A stretch of DNA of 27,430 bases from Opitutales bacterium (GTDB lineage Bacteria > Verrucomicrobiota > Verrucomicrobiia > Opitutales > UBA9783): positions 1-27,430 of the forward strand of contig JAFVCI010000002.1 of the NCBI GenBank assembly GCA_017479315.1. Reading direction: 5' to 3'. The notes beneath the pieces are model-generated. The model was not told where the DNA came from and ran no database searches. It saw only the letters and a list, made by a program, of their open reading frames with translations. The position numbers and the translations under genes were made by a program. Position 1 is the stretch's first letter; the number at the start of each line of letters is the position of its first letter. This document shows, one piece after another, positions 1 through 8,524 of this stretch.

Positions 1-171
1 AAGGAATTGACCGATTTGTCGAAAATCGATCCCGGTCAGTTGGATCAAAGCCGCTTATTACAGGCACAGGTCAACCTGTCGCGTTGGCAACTGGCATCGC
101 AGCTGCTGTCAAATTTTGCTTCGGGTATCGCTTCCGGGCTGAAGAATACCGTTCAAAACGTAGGGAGGTAA
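1..171 (+). CDS. sctF: T3SS needle subunit SctF (YscF/PrgI-like), 3' part only; runs off the window start
   Basis: Frame +1 is open from base 1 to TAA at 169-171 and reads KELTDLSKIDPGQLDQSRLLQAQVNLSRWQLASQLLSNFASGIASGLKNTVQNVGR. The DP..LL..Q....W......S.......K..VQN C-terminal helix fits needle proteins, and it lies directly upstream of a TPR chaperone and sctI-J. Not in the ORF track. Confidence 0.75.
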   Translation, partial: KELTDLSKIDPGQLDQSRLLQAQVNLSRWQLASQLLSNFASGIASGLKNTVQNVGR

Positions 172-178
172 TTAAATC

Positions 179-622
179 ATGGATGAGGAGTTAAAAAAGG
201 TATTTCCGGGCGAATTGCTGGAACTGCTCGCCAATGTCGCCTTTGTCGGTATCGAACGCGGGCACTTCAAGGAAGCGCAGGAGATTTTTGCCGCATTGGT
301 CGAAGCCCGACCGCACAACATCAATTCCAAAATCGCGCAGGCGATGGGGGAATTGATGATGTGCAACGTGAAAGACGCCAATAAAATGCTGATGGCGTGT
401 CTCAAAGAAGATCCGAACAACGAAACGGTCAAGGGTTTTCTGGCGATTGCACTCAAAATGGGGCAAGCGGACGACCAAGCCGTCAGTTTATCGAAACACA
501 TTCTGAAAAACTGTAAAGACAACGATACGCGATCCATTGCGCAGGGAATTTTGGAAACCTGCAAAAAAACGCTGTCGTTGCATAAATTGCAGGCGGAACA
601 GTGCCAGAAAGTCGCCAATTAA
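179..622 (+). CDS. sctG: TPR-like T3SS needle chaperone (YscG/SsaH-like)
   Basis: 147 aa helical protein (LANVAFVGIERGHFKEAQEIFAALVEARP) with a TPR-like pattern. SD GGGAGG upstream. Position between needle and inner rod. Confidence 0.65.
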   Translation: MDEELKKVFPGELLELLANVAFVGIERGHFKEAQEIFAALVEARPHNINSKIAQAMGELMMCNVKDANKMLMACLKEDPNNETVKGFLAIALKMGQADDQAVSLSKHILKNCKDNDTRSIAQGILETCKKTLSLHKLQAEQCQKVAN

Positions 623-637
623 AGGAGGGAGACACGT

Positions 638-1060
638 ATGCCCATTGAAGGCGATATTTTAACCAACGCGTTCAGCAATTCCAATGCGCAGCAGGCATAT
701 CAGCAGTCGGGCAGTACGCTCGATGATATCAAAGCGGATTTGCCGAACCTGCTTCAGGATGAACCGCCGTTGGCGAACGAACAACCCGCTCCGCGCGTAC
801 CGTCCGCAGTTCATGAGGGAGCGGTCACACCCGGCGAAGCCATCTTGAATACCATCCAGAAGGTGTCGGACGCGCACGCCAACGCGATGCATGCGTTGCA
901 GGAAGTCACGAAGGGTCTGAACGATAAAGATACGTTCACCATGGCGGATGCCGCAAAAATGCAACTCGGCGTGATGAAATGGCAGTTGCAAAACGAACTG
1001 ACAAGCAAAGTTGCCGGTTCGGTTTCCAACGGCATTCAAACCTTAATGCGAAATCAGTGA
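638..1060 (+). CDS. sctI: T3SS inner rod protein SctI (YscI/HrpB2-like)
   Basis: C-terminus MQLGVMKWQLQNELTSKVAGSVSNGIQTLMRNQ matches the YscI/HrpB C-terminal pattern. Strong SD AAAGGAGG at 621-628. Immediately precedes sctJ. Confidence 0.85.
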   Translation: MPIEGDILTNAFSNSNAQQAYQQSGSTLDDIKADLPNLLQDEPPLANEQPAPRVPSAVHEGAVTPGEAILNTIQKVSDAHANAMHALQEVTKGLNDKDTFTMADAAKMQLGVMKWQLQNELTSKVAGSVSNGIQTLMRNQ

Positions 1061-1860
1061 TGAAGAAGCGCGCGTTGATTTCTTTAAGCCTGCTGTCGTT
1101 GGCGGGATGCGGACAACAAATCTTATATAAAGGTTTGCCGGAAAAAGAAGTCAACGACATGGCGGCAATTCTGTTGTCAAACGACATTGCCTGCACCAAA
1201 ATTGCCGGTGCGGAAAACACGTGGGATTTGACCGTCGACAAAACGCAGTTTTCTCAGGGCGTTCAGCTTCTCAACGAGGCGGGTTACCCGAAGGACACGT
1301 TTTCTTCGTTGGGCGAAGCGTTCAAAAAGTCGGGACTGGTTTCGTCGCCGACGGAGGAGCGCATTCGCTTCATGCATGCGCTTTCGGATGAGCTGGCGGA
1401 AACATTGACCCACATTCACGGCGTTGTTACCGCACGCGTTCACATTGTTCTGCCGGACAACGACCCGTACACGGAAAAATTTACGCCTTCATCGGCATCG
1501 GTTTTTATTTCTTACCTGCCGCAAATCAACTTGGACGATTGCTCGCGCGAAATCCGACAGCTGGTGACCAACAGCATTGAAGGGCTTTCCTACGACAAGG
1601 TTAATCTGTCGATGTTCCCAGCTTCCAATCCCAACGATCGCCTGCCGTTCGCAAACGCGAAAAAGCCGAACACGAAGGACATTTTCGGAGTAAAAATCAA
1701 TATCGCCTCGGTCGCTCCGTTCTTCACGCTTTTGGGCATCTTTTTCGTACTGGGGATTTTAAGCGGTATCGGCGTGCTGTTTCTGCTGAAACATTTCAAA
1801 AAGCAACCGACCGAACCCCAACCCTCAACCGAAACGAAAGACAACGGTGAACAACGGTGA
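1060..1860 (+). CDS. sctJ: T3SS inner-membrane ring lipoprotein SctJ (YscJ/HrcJ)
   Basis: ATG at 1060 overlaps the sctI stop (TGATG). Lipobox LAGC, LYKGLPEKEVNDM, ERIRFMHALSDELAETL, GVVTARVHIVLP, PSSASVFI and a C-terminal TM segment. The ORF-track start at 979 is likely too early. Confidence 0.96.
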   Translation: MKKRALISLSLLSLAGCGQQILYKGLPEKEVNDMAAILLSNDIACTKIAGAENTWDLTVDKTQFSQGVQLLNEAGYPKDTFSSLGEAFKKSGLVSSPTEERIRFMHALSDELAETLTHIHGVVTARVHIVLPDNDPYTEKFTPSSASVFISYLPQINLDDCSREIRQLVTNSIEGLSYDKVNLSMFPASNPNDRLPFANAKKPNTKDIFGVKINIASVAPFFTLLGIFFVLGILSGIGVLFLLKHFKKQPTEPQPSTETKDNGEQR

Positions 1861-2495
1861 CAACGGATGCAACACGATCGGAACGAATACGCCAAACGGT
1901 TGACCGCAATTTTCGGTTATCCGTTCATTCGTCGTTTTTGGATCCGTATCTGCCGAAGGCTCTGCACAACTTTACGGCACTGGAACATCCGCGGCTAAAA
2001 TTCAAAGTCTTCGCGCATCTTTTCCGTCATCTGAAATTAAAACCCCTTTCGGAGGAACTTTTGCAACACCCGTATTGTGATTTTTTAGACTTATCGCCGC
2101 AACAATGGAGCACGTTTAGGGATTTGCTCGGCGCGTTGTATTTTTTGGACGAAGTCAAAACAACGGTCAGTTATTTTAAGAAAAAGCTTCTGCTGGAACT
2201 GATTTTCGAAAAAGGCTACAATCTTGCCCTGCACCGCGGCAATTTATATGCGCCGATATTGAAAACCATCGCGATACCGCTCCGTAACGGCGAATTGGAG
2301 CAAAGAATTCATGCCGTCGGGAAATTTTTGACGGAATACCTGTGGACGCAACAGCCGGAACCGCTGATCCAACGCTTCGTTTTAAAGTTTAACAACAACT
2401 CGACGTGGAATTTCCAACACGTCATTGATCCGCACCTGCAACAACAGCTGTTTAACATTTGCCGACATCTTTTAAAAGAAACGGAGGTTTTTTGA
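1857..2495 (+). CDS. Probable SctK (YscK-like sorting platform adaptor)
   Basis: 212 aa helical ORF translationally coupled to sctJ (GTGA overlap) and followed by sctL. The assignment is positional because SctK is poorly conserved. Confidence 0.6.
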   Translation: MTTDATRSERIRQTVDRNFRLSVHSSFLDPYLPKALHNFTALEHPRLKFKVFAHLFRHLKLKPLSEELLQHPYCDFLDLSPQQWSTFRDLLGALYFLDEVKTTVSYFKKKLLLELIFEKGYNLALHRGNLYAPILKTIAIPLRNGELEQRIHAVGKFLTEYLWTQQPEPLIQRFVLKFNNNSTWNFQHVIDPHLQQQLFNICRHLLKETEVF

Positions 2496-2498
2496 AAA

Positions 2499-3134
2499 AT
2501 GCTGATTTTAAAAACTTCGAAACAATTCTGTCCCGCCGATCGCATCGTCCGTTGTGACGAATACATGCTGCACGCAAAGGCGGAAGAGATTTTGAAAATT
2601 GCACAAAAGAAGCAAAAAAAGCTCCTCGAGCACGCCGATGTCCAAATCAAGCTCATGAAGGAAAATGCGCAGTCCGAATGCGACGAGTTATTCAAGAACG
2701 CACAGGCAGAGAGTGAAAAGCAGTGTCAGCAAAAGATGACCGAAATGATTTTTTCGATGACGGAGAACGGCATTCGCTACTTTTCGTTGCTCGAACAAAC
2801 CTTCGTGCAAACATTAAAGGATCTGTTTCTGAAAATTCTCGGGGAAATTCCGCCCGAAGAACGCATGTATCAGCTGGTGAAGCAATCGATTAAGACCCTG
2901 TCGGAGGAGAAAACACTTCATATTTCGGTGCATCCCGATCAGCTGGTTCTGCTCAAAAGCAAAACGGACGAATTGATTGCGCAGCATCCGTCATTGAAAC
3001 ACATCGAAGTCGTTGCCGACAAAGCACTCCCGATCGATTCCTGCCTTCTGGAAACCGAGACGGGTATTTTGGATGCCGGCATCCCGTTGCAACTTGAAAC
3101 CCTCATCAAGGCCGTCCGGGCAAGTTTAAAGTAA
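2499..3134 (+). CDS. sctL: T3SS stator SctL (YscL/HrpE/FliH family)
   Basis: AEEILKIA coiled-coil N-terminus, LHISVHPDQ, and C-terminal [29 protein letters not shown] typical of FliH/YscL. Confidence 0.92.
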   Translation: MLILKTSKQFCPADRIVRCDEYMLHAKAEEILKIAQKKQKKLLEHADVQIKLMKENAQSECDELFKNAQAESEKQCQQKMTEMIFSMTENGIRYFSLLEQTFVQTLKDLFLKILGEIPPEERMYQLVKQSIKTLSEEKTLHISVHPDQLVLLKSKTDELIAQHPSLKHIEVVADKALPIDSCLLETETGILDAGIPLQLETLIKAVRASLK

Positions 3135-3138
3135 TCCT

Positions 3139-4464
3139 ATGGACAACCTTTTCCCAAACGGCTTCTTTACGCGCACCATCCAGGCAACGGCTTCCCTTGT
3201 GACCAAAGGCAAAGTCCTGCAGGTGGTCGGAAGCATGATTAAAGCTTACGTACCGGGCGTCAAAATCGGCGAACTGTGCACCCTGCATAATCCGAACGAC
3301 CAAAACGACGCGTTGGCGGAAGTTGTCGGGTTTGTCCAGGACGCGGCTCTGTTGACGCCTTTGGGCGAAGTCAACGGCATTTCTTCCTCCACACAGGTCA
3401 TTCCGTCAGGGCGCACCCACAGCGTTCCCGTGGGCATGGGATTGCTCGGTCGGGTGTTGGACGGATTGGGCAACGTCAGCGATGCGGACACCAAAGGACC
3501 CTTTGAACCGGAAACCTACTATCCCGTTTATGCCGATCCGCCGCCTCCCATGACCCGAAAGCCGATTGATACGCCGATTTCGCTCGGTTTGCGCGCGCTT
3601 GACGGTCTTCTCACTTGCGGCGAAGGACAGCGTCTTGGAATTTTTGCGGCGGCGGGCGGTGGGAAAAGTACGCTGTTGGCGCAAATCATCCGCAATACCG
3701 AAGCGGAAGTCACGATCCTGGCACTCATCGGTGAACGCGGACGCGAAGTGCGCGAATTCGTCGAAAAGGATTTGGGCGAAGAAGGGCTCAAACATTCGGT
3801 GTTGGTCATCGCAACTTCCGACCGTTCCTCCACGGAACGTTTAAAAGCCGCCTATGTTGCCACCAGCGTCGCCGAGTATTTTCGGGACAAAGGGAAGAAA
3901 GTCCTTCTCTTAATGGACAGCGTAACGCGTTTCGGGCGTGCACAGCGCGAAATCGGACTTGCGGCTGGAGAACCGCCGACGCGACGCGGATTTCCGCCGT
4001 CGGTGTTTGCAACCTTGCCGAAGCTGATGGAACGTGCCGGGCAATCGGAGAAGGGCTCGATTACCGCGCTGTACACCATTCTCGTGGAAGGCGATGACAT
4101 GACGGAACCGATCGCAGACGAAACGCGCTCTATCCTGGACGGGCATATTATCCTTTCGCGCAAACTGGCGTCCGCGAACCATTACCCCGCGATTGATGTT
4201 CTTGCAAGCATCAGTCGTTGCATGAACGCCATCGTCGAAAAAGAACACAAAGCGGCGGCGGGAAAATTCCGAAGTTTGCTTGCCAAATACCAAGAGGTGG
4301 AATTGCTGTTGCGCATCGGCGAATACAAAAAGGGCAACGATGCCGAAACGGATGAAGCCATCGATAAAATGCCGCAGTTGAACGAATTCCTGCGGCAGGG
4401 CTTGACGGAGAAAACTTCCTTTAAAGAGACGATCGAACGCATGATCCAAATCGTCAATGCATGA
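3139..4464 (+). CDS. sctN: T3SS ATPase SctN (YscN family)
   Basis: Walker [25 protein letters not shown], Walker [55 protein letters not shown]. Confidence 0.98.
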   Translation: MDNLFPNGFFTRTIQATASLVTKGKVLQVVGSMIKAYVPGVKIGELCTLHNPNDQNDALAEVVGFVQDAALLTPLGEVNGISSSTQVIPSGRTHSVPVGMGLLGRVLDGLGNVSDADTKGPFEPETYYPVYADPPPPMTRKPIDTPISLGLRALDGLLTCGEGQRLGIFAAAGGGKSTLLAQIIRNTEAEVTILALIGERGREVREFVEKDLGEEGLKHSVLVIATSDRSSTERLKAAYVATSVAEYFRDKGKKVLLLMDSVTRFGRAQREIGLAAGEPPTRRGFPPSVFATLPKLMERAGQSEKGSITALYTILVEGDDMTEPIADETRSILDGHIILSRKLASANHYPAIDVLASISRCMNAIVEKEHKAAAGKFRSLLAKYQEVELLLRIGEYKKGNDAETDEAIDKMPQLNEFLRQGLTEKTSFKETIERMIQIVNA

Positions 4465-4943
4465 GTGCCAAATACGAACTCCGGGATATTCTGCGCATTC
4501 GCAATCGTCGCAAGGATGCCGCCGAAACAGCACTGCTAAAGGCCAAACAGGCATTGCGCGAAGCGGAACAATTTCTGAAGGAACAGCAGGATAAAGAGGC
4601 GGATTTTATTCAAAAAAAGCCGAAGTTTATTCAAAGAATTTACGAACTGGCACTTGAGAAAGTTAAGTTCAGGCGCAATTACATGGACATCATCGCCTTC
4701 AAGCTCGGAAAGCTGGACGAACATCAAATGAAACTTGCCGTCGAAGTCGAAAAAGCTCATAATAAATGCAACGAGGCGTATGAGAAAGTTCGAGAGTGCG
4801 CACAGGCTTTGACGCAGGCGCGAAAGGAAATGGATAAGATCGAAGAGCACAAAAAGATTTGGAAGGAAGACATGCGGCGTTTGGATGAATTTACGCAGGA
4901 TAAGGAACTGGAAGATTTCAAAACAAAGGCACACCATGAATGA
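4461..4943 (+). CDS. sctO: T3SS stalk SctO (YscO/FliJ-like)
   Basis: 160 aa charged coiled coil ([12 protein letters not shown]...) coupled to sctN by an ATGA overlap; canonical position after the ATPase. Confidence 0.85.
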   Translation: MSAKYELRDILRIRNRRKDAAETALLKAKQALREAEQFLKEQQDKEADFIQKKPKFIQRIYELALEKVKFRRNYMDIIAFKLGKLDEHQMKLAVEVEKAHNKCNEAYEKVRECAQALTQARKEMDKIEEHKKIWKEDMRRLDEFTQDKELEDFKTKAHHE

Positions 4944-6285
4944 AGAGCTTTCGATCGGAACGGATACCGTCGGTGAAACCGATGTTTTGTCGGTTTCCGC
5001 GACCGATGCGGATGAAAATGTTGTCGTTGACGTAAAGCATTTAACGGTCGATCCTGAAAACGTCACCCGTTTTCGGGAGCAATTACATTCCAAGTCTCAA
5101 TCAAAAGAGACAAAGAACATTTCGACCGTCGAAGGCGAAACAAAACGCGAAATATCCGAAAGTCTCGTTTTAAAGCATTCCCGCAAAGACTTTTACGAAA
5201 AATCGATGGAATTCGATGTAACAAAGAGCATTTCGACCGCCGAAGGCGAAACAAAACGCAATGCATCCGAAAAGCCCGTTTCAAAGCATTCGGCACCGAA
5301 CGAACGGACACTTTTCGGAAACAACGGCAGAAATACTCCGCCTTTTGTTGCCGGCAAAGCTCACCCCTGTCCGTCCAAAAACCAAAGTATCGACAATTTC
5401 CGCAAAGACTTTTACGAAAAACCGATGGAATTCGATGTAAATTTCCAAAGTTCCGCACCTAAAGCTTCCAGTGGTACGATGGCACGTACTTCGGGAATTT
5501 CCGACGCCGCGAGTACTTCAATACACACACGGAATTTGAGGGCGGTTACGAAAGAACTTTCTTCGGGAATACCCTCCGCCGAAACGTTTCATGCTCCCGA
5601 AAACCGTACAGCCCCGCATCCATACGGCGGGAACGACACGGTTTCGGCAAACGCATCGGCAACCAAACCGACGGGGACGAAACAGCAAAATGTTCCCGAA
5701 ACCTCAAAACCACTTTCAAAAACCGATAACACCGCATCAACGGCTGAACCTCTCTCAAAAATAAAGACCCGCGAACATCCGCATTCGCCTGAAAGTGCTT
5801 CCGATATGCACAAAACCGCCGTTTGGGAGACTATTCCGTTTTTGCGAACAACCGTCGAAACGACTGCTCCCGTACAGGAGCCGACCGCCACGCAGGCATC
5901 GAAATCGCAGGCAATGCTTATTGCGCAACAAATACGCGACCACATTATCGATCGAATTTTGGTTTCTTCGAGCGCCCTCAACACTCAACACACCGTGACG
6001 GTTCGGCTGTCGCCGCGGCTGTTGCGGGACACGGAGGTGCAATTCACGCAGAACGGCACTTCGCTGGACATACAGCTGGTGTCGCAAAACAAGGACAGCG
6101 TTCAATTCCTGCAACAATATCAATCGGATTTACAAACGTACCTGCAAGGAGAACTCAAAACGTACCGCGCGATTTCGGTGCGGGTTCCGTCATCGCAGGC
6201 CTCTGCGGAACTTGCGCAACCGCACGACGGACGCTCGCGCAACCGTTTCGATTATCAATCGGCAGATGAGGAGGAAACAACATGA
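4936..6285 (+). CDS. sctP: T3SS needle-length ruler SctP (YscP/FliK-like)
   Basis: Likely start ATG 4936 (MNEELS), 449 aa. Long S/T/P/K-rich disordered region followed by a FliK/T3S4-like C-terminal domain (VTVRLSPRLLRDTEVQFTQNGTSLDIQLVS...LQQYQSDLQTYL, GRSRNRF). Lies between sctO and sctQ. Confidence 0.85.
   Translation: MNEELSIGTDTVGETDVLSVSATDADENVVVDVKHLTVDPENVTRFREQLHSKSQSKETKNISTVEGETKREISESLVLKHSRKDFYEKSMEFDVTKSISTAEGETKRNASEKPVSKHSAPNERTLFGNNGRNTPPFVAGKAHPCPSKNQSIDNFRKDFYEKPMEFDVNFQSSAPKASSGTMARTSGISDAASTSIHTRNLRAVTKELSSGIPSAETFHAPENRTAPHPYGGNDTVSANASATKPTGTKQQNVPETSKPLSKTDNTASTAEPLSKIKTREHPHSPESASDMHKTAVWETIPFLRTTVETTAPVQEPTATQASKSQAMLIAQQIRDHIIDRILVSSSALNTQHTVTVRLSPRLLRDTEVQFTQNGTSLDIQLVSQNKDSVQFLQQYQSDLQTYLQGELKTYRAISVRVPSSQASAELAQPHDGRSRNRFDYQSADEEETT
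5110..5440 (+). repeat. In-frame internal duplications in sctP (A-B-A'-spacer-B')
   Basis: A at 5110-5180 and A' at 5221-5291 are 111 nt (37 codons) apart (KNISTVEGETKREISESLVLKHS vs KSISTAEGETKRNASEKPVSKHS). B at 5181-5221 and B' at 5400-5440 are ccgcaaagacttttacgaaaaaYcgatggaattcgatgtaa, 41 nt with 1 mismatch (RKDFYEK[S/P]MEFDV). Confidence 0.93.
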
Positions 6286-7328
6286 CGGAACGCTTCAAAC
6301 CGAGCATTTCGTTACCGCCGGCGTACGTACACCTGGGGAACGTCTGGCGCAAACCGTTGCCGTTTAAGTATCGGGAAAACGAATGTTTCTTCAAAATCGG
6401 CGGCTGTCAAACCTTCACGCGCGGCGCGGTATTAAGTTATATTTGGAGAGAAAAAACCGTCTACTTCTTCGCGCCCGAACAGGGTTTGTGCGAATTTCTG
6501 GAGCCCAAATTGGCGGGGCTGGACATCAATGCGCTCGGGAAAGAGTTTTTAAATTTATTTCTGGAAACGTTGCGCGAGGATATTTGCGGGATTTTTCTGC
6601 AATTTCATGAAACTTTAAAAATTCGCGAAAGCCACTGGAGCATTCAAACCATTCCGAACACCCTCTATTTCGATTGGTACAACGCCGAAAAGAACCTTTA
6701 TCGCCTGTACATTATCGAAGACGGCGACAATGCCGCACCGCAACTGATGGAGAAAATTTATCAAAAGAACGGTTCTTCGGAAGGCTTGAACGGCAATGCG
6801 TGCATTTTCCCGTTCCGCTTATTGACGGGGCAGGCGCGTTTGACGGTTGAAGAACTCAAATCGCTGCGCGTCGGGGACATTATCTTGTCGCAGACACCGC
6901 GCAATCGCGTCAAATTTTACTGCGGGAAAGCCGTGTTTTTTGCCGAAAAGAAGGAACAACAATTTTGCGTTACCGGTTTGCTTATGGAAGAAGAAAATCA
7001 TGATTTACCCGTCGGTGTCATGCCCGACGACGATGCCGAATTATCCGAGCTCGAAGGTGATAATGCGCTTGCCGAAGGATCGGCGGAACCCGAAAAAGCC
7101 GCGTTCCCGATGGAACAACTGCCCGTGGTGATTGCCTTCGAAGCGGGCAAAAAGGAAATTACCTTCGAACAGCTGCAACAGGTGCACGAAGGTTACACGT
7201 TTGAATTGGACCAAAAGCCCGACGAACAGGTGCAAATTCTGGCGAACGGGCACTGCATCGGACAGGGCGAGTGGGTCCAAATCAACGACCGCCTCGGCGT
7301 GCGCATCACGCACTTATCGCTTAAATAA
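6282..7328 (+). CDS. sctQ: T3SS cytoplasmic ring protein SctQ (YscQ/HrcQ)
   Basis: Two SPOA-type segments (FRLLTGQARLTVEELKSLRVGDIIL and LPVVIAFEAG...ILANGHCIGQGEWVQINDRLGVRIT). ATGA overlap with sctP. Confidence 0.92.
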   Translation: MTERFKPSISLPPAYVHLGNVWRKPLPFKYRENECFFKIGGCQTFTRGAVLSYIWREKTVYFFAPEQGLCEFLEPKLAGLDINALGKEFLNLFLETLREDICGIFLQFHETLKIRESHWSIQTIPNTLYFDWYNAEKNLYRLYIIEDGDNAAPQLMEKIYQKNGSSEGLNGNACIFPFRLLTGQARLTVEELKSLRVGDIILSQTPRNRVKFYCGKAVFFAEKKEQQFCVTGLLMEEENHDLPVGVMPDDDAELSELEGDNALAEGSAEPEKAAFPMEQLPVVIAFEAGKKEITFEQLQQVHEGYTFELDQKPDEQVQILANGHCIGQGEWVQINDRLGVRITHLSLK

Positions 7329-7373
7329 TGAACGCTTAAATAGTGAAGCCCTAAACCCGCAAAGCCGCTTCCC

Positions 7374-8153
7374 ATGCCGGACACGAGCCCTTTCATCTAC
7401 GATTCCGCCGGGATCATGATCCTGCTCGTAACGTTGGCACTCGTGCCGTTCGTTGCGATGATGGTCACGTCCTTCATTAAACTGGTGGTGGTGATGAATT
7501 TGTTGCGCCAGGCAATGGGATTGCAACAGGTTCCGCCGAACATGGTGCTCAACGGCTTGGCGATTGTTTTGACAATTTACATCATGGCACCGACGTTGCA
7601 GGAAAGCATTCAACGCGTTACCGAAGCCAATACGGTACTTGAAAATCGGAAAGCGCACCCCGATACCTTCAAACTGCCGCCGTCTATGCAACCGTTCGCA
7701 AAAAAGCAAAGTTCCGATTGGCTTGCCAATTTATTTCCTGCGGCGCAAACGGTTCGAAACAAAGCGGACGAACTCGGGGCGATTTTTAATTACGTCAAAC
7801 AACCGCTGACGGACTTCTTAACCAAACATTCAACCCCGAAACACAACGCGTTTTTCAAGTCCATCGCCAAGAAATTATGGCCGAAAGCCTATTTGGAAGA
7901 TTTGGACGATTCAAGCTTATTGCTTATCGTTCCGTCGTTCGTTTTGTCCGAACTAACCGCGGCATTTGAAATCGGATTTCTGATTTATTTGCCGTTTATC
8001 GTCATCGATTTGGTGGTTTCGAACGTTCTGCTCGCCATGGGCATGATGATGGTCTCGCCGATGACCATTTCGCTGCCGTTCAAACTGATGCTGTTCGTAC
8101 TCGTCAACGGCTGGGATAAAATCGTCGAAGCGTTGGCGTTGACGTACCGATGA
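7374..8153 (+). CDS. sctR: T3SS export gate protein SctR (YscR/FliP family)
   Basis: LALVPFVAMMVTSFIKLVVVMNLLRQAMGLQQVPPNMVLNGLA, SELTAAFEIGFLIYLPFIVIDLVVSNVLLAMGMMMVSPMTISLPFKLMLFVLVNGW. Confidence 0.97.
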   Translation: MPDTSPFIYDSAGIMILLVTLALVPFVAMMVTSFIKLVVVMNLLRQAMGLQQVPPNMVLNGLAIVLTIYIMAPTLQESIQRVTEANTVLENRKAHPDTFKLPPSMQPFAKKQSSDWLANLFPAAQTVRNKADELGAIFNYVKQPLTDFLTKHSTPKHNAFFKSIAKKLWPKAYLEDLDDSSLLLIVPSFVLSELTAAFEIGFLIYLPFIVIDLVVSNVLLAMGMMMVSPMTISLPFKLMLFVLVNGWDKIVEALALTYR

Positions 8154-8284
8154 CATTCGTCGGATGTTAAGAAATAGATTGCGAACTTTTATTCAACAAA
8201 ATCCGACTGACTCAAATTTTCCGCGCTAAAAACACTTGACATATTGCTTTATGATCATCCCGATGATTTTGAGGGAGAAATGCC

Positions 8285-8524
8285 ATGAAGGGTAAATGTT
8301 TCGTATTAGGGATTGTGACAGCGGTTGTTGGAAAGTCGATTTGCTTTGCGGATTATGTTGCGGAGCAAATTGTTCATCCGCGAACGGGACAGCAGACGGT
8401 CTTTTGGGGAGATGCCTCAAAAGGGAAGGACGCTTACATCGTCAGTTACGACGAGAAGAGTCAAAAATTTTATCTCGAAAAAATCGAGAAAAACAAACCG
8501 TCCTCGAAAAGCGATTCCGAATAA
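8285..8524 (+). CDS. Small hypothetical protein with putative Sec signal peptide (79 aa)
   Basis: SD GAGGGAG ending 7 nt before the ATG. MKGKCFVLGIVTAVVGKSICFA/DY resembles a signal peptide, followed by a polar beta-rich body. Lies inside the hairpin-rich region, so it could be spurious. Confidence 0.55.
   Translation: MKGKCFVLGIVTAVVGKSICFADYVAEQIVHPRTGQQTVFWGDASKGKDAYIVSYDEKSQKFYLEKIEKNKPSSKSDSE

Noticed and set aside
3910-4554. Long antisense or alternate-frame ORFs (e.g. 3910-4554 -, 10859-11413 -, 18051-18617 -, 24503-25084 +)
   Set aside because: They are shadows of well-conserved genes on the other strand and carry no motifs of their own.
5110-5440. CRISPR array or mobile repeat
   Set aside because: Only two copies per unit, in frame within a coding sequence, with no spacer periodicity or cas genes.
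3139-8153. Flagellar export genes (fliI/fliP/fliN) instead of an injectisome
   Set aside because: The needle, inner rod, SctJ lipoprotein and YscN-type Walker A context indicate a non-flagellar T3SS, and no flagellar structural genes are present.
8236-8267. Perfect TTGACA at 8236-8241 and the atcatc-cc-gatgat palindrome at 8254-8267 as promoter and operator
   Set aside because: No -10 hexamer at 16-18 nt spacing (TATGAT is only 8 nt away). It could still be the promoter of the structured RNA, but the sequence alone does not support the call.
8285-8524. 79-aa ORF as a divergent sctS
   Set aside because: Lacks the two long hydrophobic helices and the Q..TQ.QEQTL-type motif of SctS/FliQ.
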